A DNA stretch of 64,000 bases from Neocallimastix sp. 'constans' (GCA_050613775.1 JBODTK010000147.1:62001-126000); one strand, 5' to 3'. Counted from the stretch's first letter, positions 14,801-28,243 are shown. The notes: a model not told the origin generated them from the sequence alone. Program-made: numbers and translations.

Positions 14801-16339
14801 GAAATTATTGACCATGAAAATGAAATAAATAAAGCATGTCGAAATGAAAACACTAGAATAAATGATAATATAAGTGAACCTGAAAATATAGATGATGATT
14901 TGAATCAACCTCATATAGAATTAGAACAATGTCATAATGAACATCAGCAATCTGATGACCAACAGATTGAAAATAATCAAATCGGTGATATAGAAAATCA
15001 CAATACAAATGAAGAGGAGCAATATATTGAAGAAAATAAAAATAATGATGTAGAAATTCAACATTTTAATGACTATGAACAATTAATTGAAGAAAATCAG
15101 AATGATGAAATGGACAATCAGCAAACAGATGAAGATAAACAGTATATTGAAGAAAATCATCATAATAATGTAGAAATTCAACAATCTAATGAAATTGAAC
15201 CACTAATTGAAAAAAATCAGAACGAGGAAATAGAAGAAAAGCATATTGAAATAGAACATAATGAAAGTTTAGAGGGTCAAACACAAATAGAAGAACAACT
15301 AGTCAAAAAATATTATATTAAAAGTTTAGGAGATCATCAATACAATGACCAAGTAATTGAAAGCAATCAAATTAACAGTTTTGAAAAACAACAAATGCAA
15401 GAAGTCGAGGAGAATAAAGATAATCTATATGATCGGAAATATAAGATGTATGAAGAGACAGTTAATGAAATAGTAAATGATGGCCAAGATCAAAGTAATG
15501 AAGAAATTCAAAATGAAATAATTGATCTTCATTTTAATAATAATATTGGTGATACAAATCCATATGAAAATATAGGGGATAATGCGATACAAAATATGCA
15601 TGAGGAGCACTTTTATGAGGATGATAATAATGATTTTGAGAATAGTCTAAATGAAAATGATATAGATAATACTGAAAATAAAAATGAAGAAGAAAGTATA
15701 GATAGTATTCAACCTGTCGAAGATAATTATAATAATTATAACGTCAATAATGATAATGAAGATATATACAGTAGTTTTGAAAATAAAGATTTAACTACGA
15801 AAGAAATGCTAATTTCAATTGATCAAGATAATAAGAGAGAAATTTCATTTAATTATAATAATAGTAAAAATAATGAAAATAATAAATTAGATGATATACT
15901 AGTAGAAGAAGAACATCAAACTTTAGTAGATAATATAGTAAATGATATTGAGGAAGAAGATAATTATGATAGTCTTGAAGTAGATACATATATCAATGAA
16001 CAAGATAATATTGAAGATGTAAATGTCGAAGAAATAAATATTGAAGTATATGACGAAGATTATATTCAGTCTTCAATAGAAGAAGATCACATGAATGAAG
16101 TAAATGAAATAATTATTGAAGATACAAATGAATATGAAATAAAAGATGATCTTATGAGAGAAAAAACTAAAAATTACTATTATAATGACATGGAGGAGAA
16201 TCAAGATATAGATGTAATGATGAATGATAGCAAAGATGAAGAATTAAATGATCAAATAATGTACATTGACACATTAAATTTTAATCAAGAAATTCATCAT
16301 GGGTATTATAATGAAAGTATATTCAATGAAACTTTTTAA
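11864..16339 (+). CDS. BTB/POZ-domain protein with a putative N-terminal MATH/TRAF-like domain and a ~1100-aa Glu/Asp/Asn-rich tail (1491 aa)
   Basis: Uninterrupted 4.5-kb ORF; first ATG is at 11864. BTB signature YSDVEFEIG..KVIKAHRVILASRCPSFKILF..FKALIDYHYKG..LLDLAYQYHVYNL (~12410-12718). N-terminal SKEFFCNGATWIIKI resembles a MATH strand pattern (weaker evidence). Confidence 0.85.
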   Translation: MSTYISNINSYYFTTTVEINANYSSKEFFCNGATWIIKIENITNNSMDIKFSYNGNPRNTSSVRLSINNGSKNECFSIDRKNHYIHNYSLDEFYNKNFCLYQFQYDSIETINKITVGITLINSSTDYSYLQYFSEKVIPENYILLPSASSYNDVYIHEIEGKQYIYSKYIDQINNFNNFTQEYSDVEFEIGKHQKVIKAHRVILASRCPSFKILFEEQALHNNSSNGILRIVLPSYNYTSFKALIDYHYKGKCYIPKSRKVLGDLLDLAYQYHVYNLIESIEEKLANPENNYLEEENEEIDTDTFENEEINSNNRDIHLFKLDSILKSKTLKCQKCSNGQLKRKRELNEIDDLLLLNDQRYANGKYKTIRLTEQGEEYYDGFNYNRMKKQSTMNEGMDDSYKNMFNSIRFTENEPGLSEDSILNEIDSEEGDQQLSKDIRVEIIDVESGLSDSNPEERMSENDRDVEEYETDRVEVNVSLDETKSNSDDKMNEIVDLPVEFDDNKEKNEDDYENGYEEEIENVENEVIENEEMENEEIENEVIENEEIENVENEVIENEVIENEEIENEEIENEEIENEVIENEEIENEVIENEEMENEEMENEEIENEEIENEEIENEEIENEEVKYEEVTSKEIENEEIENEEIENEEIENEEIENEEIENEEIENEEIENEEIENEEMENEEMENEEMENEEIENEEIENEEMENEEMENEEMENEEIENEEIENEVEIEDEFEELEDKVETKEYEDEGEIEIESNDNYENNEGNEDKYSTSEKDILEKEISMDSISLSDTESDEIHQEDENIEDIHESFINNNENKNENKKIFNNEENNNEIVEISNGNENENEDEDEDKNKKDKSSENLNILEDHEEEYDPTIINEETSTYENTNEENYFGMELNNVIPPKEHLNIRDDINEFYNTSKKKRNKENYNENHELNDEDNDNQTNIELNYENEIFFNSEFELERYHGNNNEIHDDDNEIIDHENEINKACRNENTRINDNISEPENIDDDLNQPHIELEQCHNEHQQSDDQQIENNQIGDIENHNTNEEEQYIEENKNNDVEIQHFNDYEQLIEENQNDEMDNQQTDEDKQYIEENHHNNVEIQQSNEIEPLIEKNQNEEIEEKHIEIEHNESLEGQTQIEEQLVKKYYIKSLGDHQYNDQVIESNQINSFEKQQMQEVEENKDNLYDRKYKMYEETVNEIVNDGQDQSNEEIQNEIIDLHFNNNIGDTNPYENIGDNAIQNMHEEHFYEDDNNDFENSLNENDIDNTENKNEEESIDSIQPVEDNYNNYNVNNDNEDIYSSFENKDLTTKEMLISIDQDNKREISFNYNNSKNNENNKLDDILVEEEHQTLVDNIVNDIEEEDNYDSLEVDTYINEQDNIEDVNVEEINIEVYDEDYIQSSIEEDHMNEVNEIIIEDTNEYEIKDDLMREKTKNYYYNDMEENQDIDVMMNDSKDEELNDQIMYIDTLNFNQEIHHGYYNESIFNETF
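13410..14050 (+). repeat. Coding 15-bp minisatellite (GAAAATGAAGAAATT variants) encoding (ENEEI/M/V)n, about 40 units
   Basis: Tandem repeat directly visible inside the BTB ORF. Confidence 0.95.
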
Positions 16340-17909
16340 TTAATAATAGGTAATCAAAAAAAAAAAAAAAAAAACGTCAATTTCATAGAATATATATATA
16401 TATATATATATATATTTATTATTATTATTATTTCAATATAAGTATTTATATAATTATATATATTCATAAATAACATTGAAAATGAAAATATTATTATTTA
16501 TATCAACAATTTAAGATACAAAAATTCAGATTAATATACCCAAAAATCAAAAGCTTTGTTTTTGTATTTACTATTCAATAAAATTTATTATATAAGAAAT
16601 GTCTTTTTATAAATATATATATATATATATTAAAACAATTATTCAAATCTAATATTAATTATTGTTTATTAATCACTTTTTTTTTTTATGCCTACTAAAA
16701 TTAAAATAAGATAAATTTATTTCAAAAAGAAAATAATAATAATAATAATAATAATTAACTTAAAAGGTTCATGCTGATTTTGAATGCCTTTTGATACTAA
16801 ACTAGCTCATGTTCATCAACAAACAATGCTAAAACATATATGATTAGCATACAACCATAGCATATTTATCATTCAATAAAGGTAAAAGAACAAGAATTAT
16901 CAATAAAAAACGGATCCTCTAAATTTTATTTTACTGATAAACATATTTTCTTTAATAGAAAATAATATATATATTTCTTTAAAAAAAAAAAAAAAAAAAA
17001 AAAGAGAGAGAGAGAGAGAAAGAAAATAATAATATATATATAAAAGAATTAATATATTTATATTAATATATTAATTTATTGGTAAGTAAACGTGACAATT
17101 TAATTAACATTATTGATTATATTTATATTATTTTTAAAAAAAGAAAAAAAAAAAAAATTTATCTTTCGATTATTTTATTACTCATTTAATATTTTTCTAA
17201 ATATTTATCAATTATTTAAAAATTTTTATTTTATTTTATTATATATATGTAGTGATTTCATTTAATTTATTATTTTAAAAAAAATTTTTTTTTTTTATTT
17301 TTTTTTTTATTATTATTATTTTTCTTTATTTTATTATTATTATTTTTATTTTTTTTTTATTTTTATTTTTATTTTTTTTTTTTTTATTTTTATTTTTATT
17401 TTTATTTAATTATTATTTATATCTTTATTTTTATTTTTATTTTTATTATTTTATTATTTATTTTATTGTTATTTTATAATTATTAAATCATGTATATTAC
17501 AAACTCAAAAGCCTATATATTTTTAATAAATAAATAAAATAAAATACAATAAAAATAAAAATAAAAAATAATAAAAAAAAAAAAAAAAAATTCTATATAA
17601 AGAATTATTTATTTATTTTAACTGAATTATAATATAATAATAATAATAATAATAATATATATTAGATTAGGAAGAGAATCATACTTTTAAATATTTTATT
17701 TAATGGTTAAAAGGATTTTTAAAAGGAAATAAAAGTTTTTTTTAAAAAAAAAAAAAATAATTATTATTATTATTATGTCTGTTAAAGGTATTTTTAAAAT
17801 CTATGATATATAAATGTGTAAATATAGAAAACAATATATACATATATACATGTATGTATATAAAGTTAAAATGCATTATTTAAAAATATATATATATATA
17901 TATATATAT

Positions 17910-17937
<28 letters not shown>

Positions 17938-17943
<6 letters not shown>

Positions 17944-18062
17944 AAAGGTGCCTAAAATAAATTCAAAGAGAGAGAGATAAAAAAAAAAAAAATAAAAAAA
18001 AAAATTAAAGGTGTCTAAAATAAATTCAAAGAGAGAGAGATAAAAAAAAAAAAAAATAAAAA
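17938..18062. repeat. Tandem duplication of ~62 bp
   Basis: AAATTAAAGGTG(C/T)CTAAAATAAATTCAAAGAGAGAGAGATAAAA occurs twice in tandem. Confidence 0.8.
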
Positions 18063-18141
18063 AATAAAAAAATAAAAAAATTCTTATGCAAATGAACCAA
18101 CTCTTCATTTTCATTTCCTTAATGGAGTAGAAAGGAATGGA

Positions 18142-18185
<44 letters not shown>

Positions 18186-18261
18186 GGCAACAGACTTTTT
18201 CATCTTTAATTCATTAATTAATTAATTATAATTAATTATTTATTTATTTAATAAAAATACA

Positions 18262-18311
<50 letters not shown>

Positions 18312-18501
18312 GAATAAAAAAAAAATAAAATAAAATAAAAAAATAAAAAAAAAACACAAAATAAAATAAAATAATGATAAAATGTATTTTCTAGATTCAT
18401 TTAATTAATTAATATCAATTTAAGTTAAAGAACTTTACACGACCGCATTATCATTCTGTAGTATAATTATTATTATTATTATTATTTTTTTTTTTTTTTT
18501 T

Positions 18502-19492
18502 ATAAAACTTTACAATATTAATCATAATTTTTTTTTTATTAATAAAACTTTACAATATTTATCATAATTTTTTTTTTATAAAACTTTACAATATTTTCAT
18601 AATTTTTTTTTTTAATAAAACTTTACAATATTAATCATAATTTTTTTTTTATAAAACTTTACAATATTAATCATAATTTTTTTTTTTATAAAACTTTACA
18701 ATATTAATCATAATTTTTTTTTTATAAAACTTTACAATATTAATCATAATTTTTTTTTTTATAAAACTTTACAATATTAATTATAATTTTTTTTTTATAA
18801 AACTTTACAATATTAATCATAATTTTTTTATAAAACTTTACAATATTAATCATAATTTTTTTTTTTATAAAACTTTACAATATTAATCATAATTTTTTTT
18901 TTAATAAAACTTTACAATATTAATCATAATTTTTTTTTTTTTTTATAAAACTTTACAATATTAATCATAATTTTTTTTTTTATTTGTTTTTTTATAAAAC
19001 TTTACAATATTAATAATAATTTTTTTTTTTTATAAAACTTTACAATATTAATCATAATTTTTTTTTATAAAACTCTACAATATTAATCATAATTTTTTTA
19101 TAAAACTTTACAATATTAATCATAATTTTTTTTATAAAACTTTACAATATTAATCATAATTTTTTTTATAAAACTTTACAATATTAATCATAATTTTTTT
19201 TTTATAAAACTTTACAATATTAATCATAATTTTTTTTTTTATAAAACTTTACAATATTTTCATAATTTTTTTTTATAAAACTTTACAATATTTATCATAA
19301 TTTTTTTTTTCTTATAAAACTTTACAATATTAATCATAATTTTTTTTTAATAAAACTTTACAATATTAATCATAATTTTTTTATAAAACTTTACAATATT
19401 AATCATAATTTTTTTTTAATAAAACTTTACAATATTAATCATAATTTTTTTTTTATAAAACTTTACAATATTTATCATAATTTTTTTTTTTT
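18502..19492. repeat. Minisatellite: ~27 copies of ATAAAACTTTACAATATTAATCATAA, each followed by a variable-length poly-T
   Basis: Conserved 26-nt core directly visible; units differ mainly in T-run length. Confidence 0.95.
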
Positions 19493-19927
19493 AAAGATAA
19501 CGAAATTATGATACTTCATTTGGTTGTGCAAAGTCCAGGCTGCTGGCCATGTCTTACTGTTTCTTCCAGCATTGACACTCTTTACTAGTAGTAGCAGCAG
19601 CATCAGTAGATAGTAGTAGTATGTAGTAGTATAGTAGTAGTAGGTAGTAGAAATTCGATCGATATTTGAAACCTACCGAATTGAACAAAATATCATTTGC
19701 TGAGACCCAGCAAATAGCAATAGGTAATAACAGTATAATGGATGGAAGAAGAGCCGCGCAGTAACTACCAAGAATTGAAGTGTCAGAATAAGCAACCTGA
19801 TTTTTCATCTGACACTTAAAAATAGGTTTCCTTCCATTTCCTTATACTATTATTATTATACTGTTATTAATTTAATTAATACTTCTTCCCCAATTTCCCC
19901 CCACCCCTACAAAGAAGGAAATTAAAC

Positions 19928-19962
<35 letters not shown>

Positions 19963-20517
19963 CACACACACACATACACACATTAGAATCAACATACATA
20001 CACATTATTTTTCAATACTATTTTACCAAATATTTACTAATAATACACTACTACTAATAATATTTATCTATTATTATTTTACTATAACTATTATTACTAC
20101 TATTAACTATTATTACTATTTAAAATTATTACTATTTACTTATTATTACTATTTACTATTATCATTATTACTATTAAACGTTATCATTTATCATTTGTTA
20201 GGTTGCCACGATTAAAAAGTGTTATATATATAAGAATAACTATTTTTTTATCATTGACTTTTTTTAACTACATATAGGATTGTAAAAAAAAAAAATAAAT
20301 AAATAAATAAATAAATAAATAAATTAATAGGACACACTTGATTCTATTATTTATTTTTTTTTTTTTTGTAAGCTTTAACAATTCTAACATCTATATCTAA
20401 TCTATGTCCACTTCGTGCTCTCAATAGCCAATAAGAAAACCATATGAATAAGAGATCTTTTCACCTCCCGGTGAAAATCTATGCCTTATTATTATTATTA
20501 TTATTGACGTGGAAATG

Positions 20518-20768
20518 ATATTAATAAAAACCTCCAATACAATTTTTTTTTTTTTTTTTTATCCACGGATATTAGAATTGGTATTGATCATTTCAGTAAA
20601 GAAATCTATAAAAATAAGAAAAACTAATCAAATTTAATAATAATAATATTAATAAAAACCTCCAATACAATTTTTTTTTTTTTTTTTTTATCCACGGATA
20701 TTAGAATTGGTATTGATCATTTCAGTAAAGAAATCTATAAAAATAAGAAAAACTAATCAAATTTAATA
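20518..20768. repeat. Tandem duplication of ~128 bp
   Basis: ATATTAATAAAAACCTCCAATACAA(T)n ATCCACGGATATTAGAATTGGTATTGATCATTTCAGTAAAG...CAAATTTAATA is present twice. Confidence 0.9.
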
Positions 20769-21160
20769 GCAACAATAAATAACCAACAATAAATGACCAT
20801 AATAATAATCATATAATATAATATAAAATAATATTTAAAAATTATTAAAACTATTATTTTATTTTAAATTTAAAATTTTTTTTTTTTTTTTTTTTTATTA
20901 TTTTATATTTTATTTTATATATAAATTATTTGTAAAAATAAAATTATTGACTCAAATGTAATAATAAAATATTAAAAAAAATTAAAAATGAAAAAGAAAA
21001 AAAAAAAATTAAAACATTAAAATACTATACATAGAGGATAAGTATTTAATTAATTAAATAATAAATATATATAAAAAAAAATATACCTATACCTATACCT
21101 ATTTAAATAAAATATATATAAATATTTTATTCTAAATATTTTTTTTTTTTTAATTGTTTT

Positions 21161-21202
<42 letters not shown>

Positions 21203-21438
21203 TTATTTGAATTATTGGAAATAAATAAAAAAAAAATATACATATATTTACTTTTTAACAAATGATAATAAATGATATATTTTAATTAAATAAGATAATA
21301 GCAATAATATGCATTTCTCATTATTTTTAATATTTTAATTATTATTATTATTATTATTTCATCCTATTTATTCATTAAAAAAAGAAAAAAAAAAAATTCT
21401 ATAATTTTTTTTTTCCTCATTTTATTTATTTTTATTTA

Positions 21439-23166
21439 TTAACAGTTACTACGAATACCACACCAATCGTCATTTTCAACTCCCCAGTCACCAGTTTCAT
21501 CAGAATAAGCAACATCACAGCTACTACAACATTCATAGCCCATTTCACCATAGACACTTGGGCAAATGTCAACAGCTTCATTAATGGAACCGGAGCAATC
21601 AGTACGAATACCACACCAATCATTATTTTCAACACCCCATGCACCATCGCCATCTTCATAGTAGACATCACAATTTCCTTGTTCACAACAACTATAACCT
21701 TGACTTAAGATACTCTTTGAACATTGATTAGCAGAAGCAGCTTCAGTTTTATTTGAGGTTTTAGTAGCCGTTGCCTTTTTAGTGGTAGTCTTCTTATTAG
21801 AGCCTCCACCAGTACTGTTACTACCACTACTTGTAGTACCTTGATGAAGGATGGTTTGAGTACCAGTAGAATATTCATCACCTTCATCACTACTTGGAAT
21901 AACCATTTCAACATCCTTAGCTTCAATAACAGTACTATCAGCTAAAGTTACACGGAAAGTGTATGGACCTGCACCGAAACCACCAGAGTTAAGAGCCCAA
22001 TAATTATAAGCACGTCTCCATAAACTTTCATAGTTACCATTATTTAAAAATTCAACCTTAGCAACTGGATAACGAGTATTGTAAACTTCAACTTCACCCC
22101 AGAATTGAGTACTTCCAGTCTTAAATTGGAATTTTAGTGGGGAATCTGGTTTCAAGAGAGCAGGCCAATCTGGAATATCAACATCACATGGAATAAGAGC
22201 CCAAGTAATCTTAATACGATCTGGCGTTTTATTGGAAAGAGCCTTAAAGGCAATATCACTAAAATCTAAACTTCCATGTTCACATTCTGGACATTGATCA
22301 ATAACACGTATTCTAACAGCCTTGTATGGATTACTAGTTGAAACAACAACAGCACAAAGACCACATCCTTTTTTTTTAAAAGGAAAAAAATATATATTTA
22401 TATATATATATTTATTGTTTTTAAAATAAATTTAATAAATATTACAATAATATTAATATCAATTTTGAGAATTTCAATAATATTTCCATTTTTAAAATTT
22501 TTATTTCTATTTAATAATTATTCATATATTTATATCTATTTATGAATATATATTTTTCTATTATTTATACTAATATTTTATTTATATAATATATTCTTTT
22601 AAAATATCATTTATAACAAAATTCTTTAATTTAATGATAAATTTATTAAAATTTACTGGTTTTTATAATTATTCCGTTCTTACATAAAAATATTTGTCTT
22701 TACTTTTATATTATATTAATGACATATCCTTTTTAAAATAAAGAAAAAACTTATATGTTTTTTTTTTTTTTTTTTTTGATTAAATTGTAACACATAAATC
22801 ATTTCAATTTATAATAATTATAAAATTTATAGAGTTATCAATTCATATATATATATTATTTTAACATTTACCCATATCAAGATTATATTGTTTATTGTTA
22901 AGAGCAGCATACATCATATCAGCATAGTATTCCTCTTTTGGGAATAAACAATTACCACCTGAAGTGGCATCACCATAAGCAGTACCATCACCACTATAAA
23001 TTGGACCATCTACAAAATATTCCTTAAAGTTTTCACTATAATTTTTAGTGTTTGCCTCAATTATTTCAACGATACCTGGATAATTTTTGAAGGCATCAAT
23101 GCTACCAGTACCAGCACTAACGATAGCAATTAAAGAATTGATTAAAGTTAATTTTCTAAAATTCAT
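21439..23166 (-). CDS. Secreted expansin-like protein (DPBB + CBM63-like domains) with a Thr/Ser/Lys linker and two C-terminal fungal dockerins; exons 23166-22872 and 22367-21439, 407 aa
   Basis: Signal-peptide-like [18 protein letters not shown]. Expansin motifs [71 protein letters not shown] intron (22871-22368) joins the two ORF-track pieces in frame. Dockerins [27 protein letters not shown] and [29 protein letters not shown]. Confidence 0.93.
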
Positions 23167-23505
23167 TTCTGTATTTTTTTTTATTGTTATTTTTTTCTTT
23201 TGTTTGTTTCCTTTATTGTTCTTTTGTTTATATAAATTATTATTTTCAAAATAATATTAAATAATTGTTTTGTGTTTTTTTTTCTTTAATTACAAATTAT
23301 GTTGTTATAAATTATATTAAATTTGATTTAAAAAAAAAAAAAAAAAAGATGAATCAAATAAATCAATTATTTTACAGTATATAAAAATTAAAATTATTTT
23401 CTATTTTTATAATAATAATTTATCTTTTTTTTTTTTTTTAAAGTATTAAAAATAATTTAAGATAAAAAAAAAAAAAGGAAATTCTTATAAATATTTATAT
23501 TTTTT

Positions 23506-23564
<59 letters not shown>

Positions 23565-24799
23565 TTTTCTGATTTTCTCCTTTTCTTTTATTTTAAATAA
23601 ATTATTTTTACTATTCAATAAACTTTTTATATTTAATAAATAACAAAAATAAATATTGAAAATAAATAATATATAAATTTTATTATTATTATTCATTATT
23701 ATTATTTTTAATATTATTCATTATTATTCATTATTATTATTATTTATTATTTTAAATATTATTTATTATTTTTAAATATATATTCTATATAATATAATCA
23801 TTTATAATCATTTTAAATTAAATAAATATATATAATATAAAATATATATAAAATATAATATATAATATAATATAATATATAATGTAATATAATGTAATAT
23901 ATGAAATACAATAATAAAAAAATTTTTTTTATCTTTTATAATTTAAATTTTTTTTTATTTTGTTTGTTTTTATACTTTATTTATTAACATATATAATGAT
24001 TATATTTTTGTATATATGAAATATATAATAATATATAATAATACTAAATTTAATTAATAAAATACAATAAATTACTCTCAACCATTGATTTATTTATTTA
24101 TTAACTATTTTATTATTATGTATTGAATAATATACAATACAATATATAAATAATATATACACAACATTTAATCTAATTTATTATTAATTTATATTTTATA
24201 TCATCATTTATTTATTTACTTAATTATTTATTTATTCGTTCATTTATTGATATTTATTTATTTGTTATTTATTTATATATTCATTTATTTATTTTAGACC
24301 AGCTTTAATTAATTCTCTTTAATATTATCATTAATTACAATTATTAAATAATATATTAGCAATATATTAGCAATATATAGAAATTATTCATATTATATTA
24401 ACTAAATTTAAATGAACAACGAATCATACCATACAATTAAATAAATGAAAGTTTTAACACCCACAAATTTAAATATATATTTATTTATATTTATTTATAT
24501 ATAACTCTATTTATCTAAAATAAATATAAACTTTATTTCTATTTATTTGGCATAATGATATAAAAAGAAAAGCCGTTTTTATGAGACTCTATATAAATAT
24601 TATAATAATTAAGGTTCTATGAGAGATAAAAAAATATGAAATTATATCTAAATATAGAAAGTTTTTTGTAACACGAGAATTGGTAAAATAGAAAATGAGG
24701 TTACACGAAAGATTAAAAATGAGTAAAAAAATGAATAATAAAAACAAAACTATTTTATAAATTATAAAAAAGATGATTGTAAAAGATAAATGAATAAAA

Positions 24800-25810
24800 A
24801 ATAATAAATAATAAATATTAAATATTAAATAAAAAATAATAATAAATAATAAATAATAAATAATAAAAAATAAAAAGAGTATTTATTAATAAATAATAAA
24901 TAATAAATAATAAAAAGAGTATTTATTAATAAATAATAAATAATAAATAATAAATAATAAATAATAAATAATAAATAATAAATAATAAAAAGAGTATTTA
25001 TTAATAAATAATAAATAATAAATAATAAATAATAAATAATAAATAATAAATAATAAATAATAAATAATAAATAATAAATAATAATAAAGAGTATTTATTA
25101 ATAAATAATAAATAATAAATAATAAAGAGTATTTATTAATAAATAATAAATAATAAATAATAAGAAGAGTATTTATTAATAAATAAATAATAAAAAATAA
25201 AAAGAGTATTTATTAATAAATAATAAATAATAAATAATAAATAATAAATAATAAATAATAAATAATAAATAATAAATAATAAATAATAAATAATAAAAAG
25301 AGTATTTATTAATAAATAATAAATAATAAATAATAAATAATAAATAATTGAATAATAAATAATAAATAAATAAATAATAAATAATAAATAATAAATAATA
25401 ATGAATAAATAATAAATAATTGAATAATAAATAATAAATAATAAATAATAAATAATAAATAATAAATAAATAATTAATAATAAATAATAAATAATTAATA
25501 ATAATAATAAATAATAAATAATATATAATAAATAATAAATAATAAATAATAAATAATAAATAATAAATAATAAATAATAAATAATAAATAATAAATAATA
25601 AATAATTAATAATAATAATAAATAATAAATAATATATAATAAATAATAAATAATAAATAATATATAATAAATTATTGAATAATAAATAATAAATAATAAA
25701 TAATAAATAATAAATAATAAATAATAAATAATAATAAAAGAGTATTTATTAATAATAAATAATAAATAATTGAATAATTAAATAATAAATAATAGAATAA
25801 TAAATAAATA
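24800..25810. repeat. (AATAAAT)n satellite interspersed with AAGAGTATTTATTAATAAAT
   Basis: Directly visible; same family as 52887-54040 and 54630-54790. Confidence 0.9.
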
Positions 25811-26886
25811 AATCATATTTATTTATTTATTATTAAATTATTTATTTATTTATTTATTTTTTATTTATTTATTTATTTTTTATTTATTTATTTATTTTTT
25901 ATTTATTTATTTATTTATTTATTTAAAAAATTTTAAATTAATTTAAAACATTTTTAAATAAAAAAAACGTTTTAAAAATTTTTTCTCTTCTCAAGATTTA
26001 ATTTCAAATGTCTTTTTTTGTTTGTTTGTTTTTTGGTTGACATTTAATAATATTTGCAAAAATTTTAATGCATTTTTATTATTCATCATTTCATATTTCA
26101 TTAATAATTACTTAAAATATTTAATCATTTATTAATAATTACTTAAAATATTTAATCATGATCGTTTATAGCTGTTAAATTATAATCATTTTATAGAATG
26201 ATAGTTAAGAGTTAAAATGATGATCCATTACGAATTAAATAATTAAATAACATCAATAATAATCTAATTAATGGTTAATAATAATTATTATTATTAATCA
26301 TTAGTACAACTATCCATTATTATTAAATAACTATCCATTATTATCATTATACAATTATTTAGTTATTATTAATTATAATTATTTAATTATTTAATATTAA
26401 TTATAATTATTAACCATTATAATTATATTTATTTTTAATTATTATTATTATTAATTATTATTAATTATTATTTAGTTATTAATTATTATTATTATATTAT
26501 TATTATTTATTTATTGATAATTATTTAATTATTATTTATTAATTATTTATTAATTAATTAATTATTTATTTATTTATTATTTATTAATTATTTAATTATT
26601 TATTTATTAATTATTATTTAATTATTTAATTATTTAATTATTTATTTAATAATTATAATAATAATAATAATATAAAATTTAAAATTAATTTGAAGATAAC
26701 TTCAAAATTCAAAAAAAAAAATAATTAAAAAAAATTTTTTTTTTTTTAATTTAATTTAAATAGAAATTAAAAAAATTTTTTTTGTTTGTTTGCGATTTCA
26801 TTGGAGAATGGCCAGTTTCAGATGAAGAACAGACCACACAAGAAAGCACCAAAAAAAATATCAAATAAAAGAAAAAAATTATCATA

Positions 26887-26918
<32 letters not shown>

Positions 26919-27809
26919 ATTTTAATTTTATTCTATTTTATAATATGAATTGATATAAAAAGGAAAATTTAATTATAAAATTTATTTATTTATTTTTATA
27001 TTTATTTATTTATTTATTTATTACCTATTTATTTATCTACTTATATATTTTAATTTTTTAGGTGGTTATTTATTTATTAACTTATTTATTTATTTATTTA
27101 CTTATATATATATTTTTTATTAAATTGAATTTGGATATCTAAAATTTATATATGTTTAAAGTTTTTTTATTCAATAAATAAATAAATAATAAAATAATTA
27201 ATGAAATTTTAAAACGGAATGCCAATGCTATATTGATGATGATATTTATTTTATTATTATAAACTATTGAAGATTAATAATTAGAATTTTAAATATTCAT
27301 TTGTATCATATCCTTTAATGATAAAAAAAATTAATAAAATTTTAAAATATTGACTATTGACTATGATAATGATAATTATATTTATAAAAAAAAATTAGAA
27401 ATTAGAATATTTTTTTTTTTTAGTTAATTTATTGATAAAAAGGAAGGATAATCATATTTTTATCTTGATGATCACACTAAATAGTTTCAATAAAAATTTC
27501 TCATAATGATGGTAGCGAAAAAAAAGAAGAAATAAATTATAGTAATCACCTTCTAGATAAATTATCAAATAATTTTTATAGACTATTCTGTAAATACAAT
27601 GGAAGCTATCACTTTATTTATCAAATTAATATTCTATACTGAATTATTAATTATGAATTTTAAAAAAAAAAAAAAAAAAAACGGTTAATAGTTTTTTTTT
27701 TTTTTTAATTAAAAATATTCTGTTTTTTTTTATTATTTTTTTATTATTATATTACAACATTAGTTTTAAGCATAAATAAACTAGTTTTATTTTTTTAAAA
27801 AAAAAAAAA

Positions 27810-27985
27810 AAAGGTAATGTAATACTTCATGATTTAATAAAGAAAAAAAAAAAAAAAAGGTAATGTAATACTTCATGATTTAATAAAGAAAAAAAAAAAA
27901 AGGTAATGTAATACTTTATGATTTAATAAAGAAAAAAAAAAGGTAATGTAATACTTCATGATTTAATAAAGAAAAAAAAAAAAGA
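27810..27985. repeat. Four tandem copies of AAGGTAATGTAATACTTCATGATTTAATAAAG(A)n
   Basis: Directly visible. Confidence 0.9.
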
Positions 27986-28212
27986 TGATTCAGTTTAAGC
28001 TTTAATTAATAAATATATTCTAAAAGTTTGATTTAAATAATAAAAAAAAAATTATAATACTATAGTGAATTTTTGCCGTTTATGCTTTAATTAAAGGGAA
28101 AATAAAATCAAATGAAATAAAAAGTCAAAGTTTTAAAAAAAAAAATTATAATTAAATTTTTGCGGTTCACATTTTAATTAAAGAAAAACTTTTTTATCAT
28201 AATAAAATAAAA

Positions 28213-28243
<31 letters not shown>

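Noticed and set aside
18502..19492. CRISPR-like repeat-spacer pattern
   Set aside because: The intervening sequences are only poly-T runs, not unique spacers.
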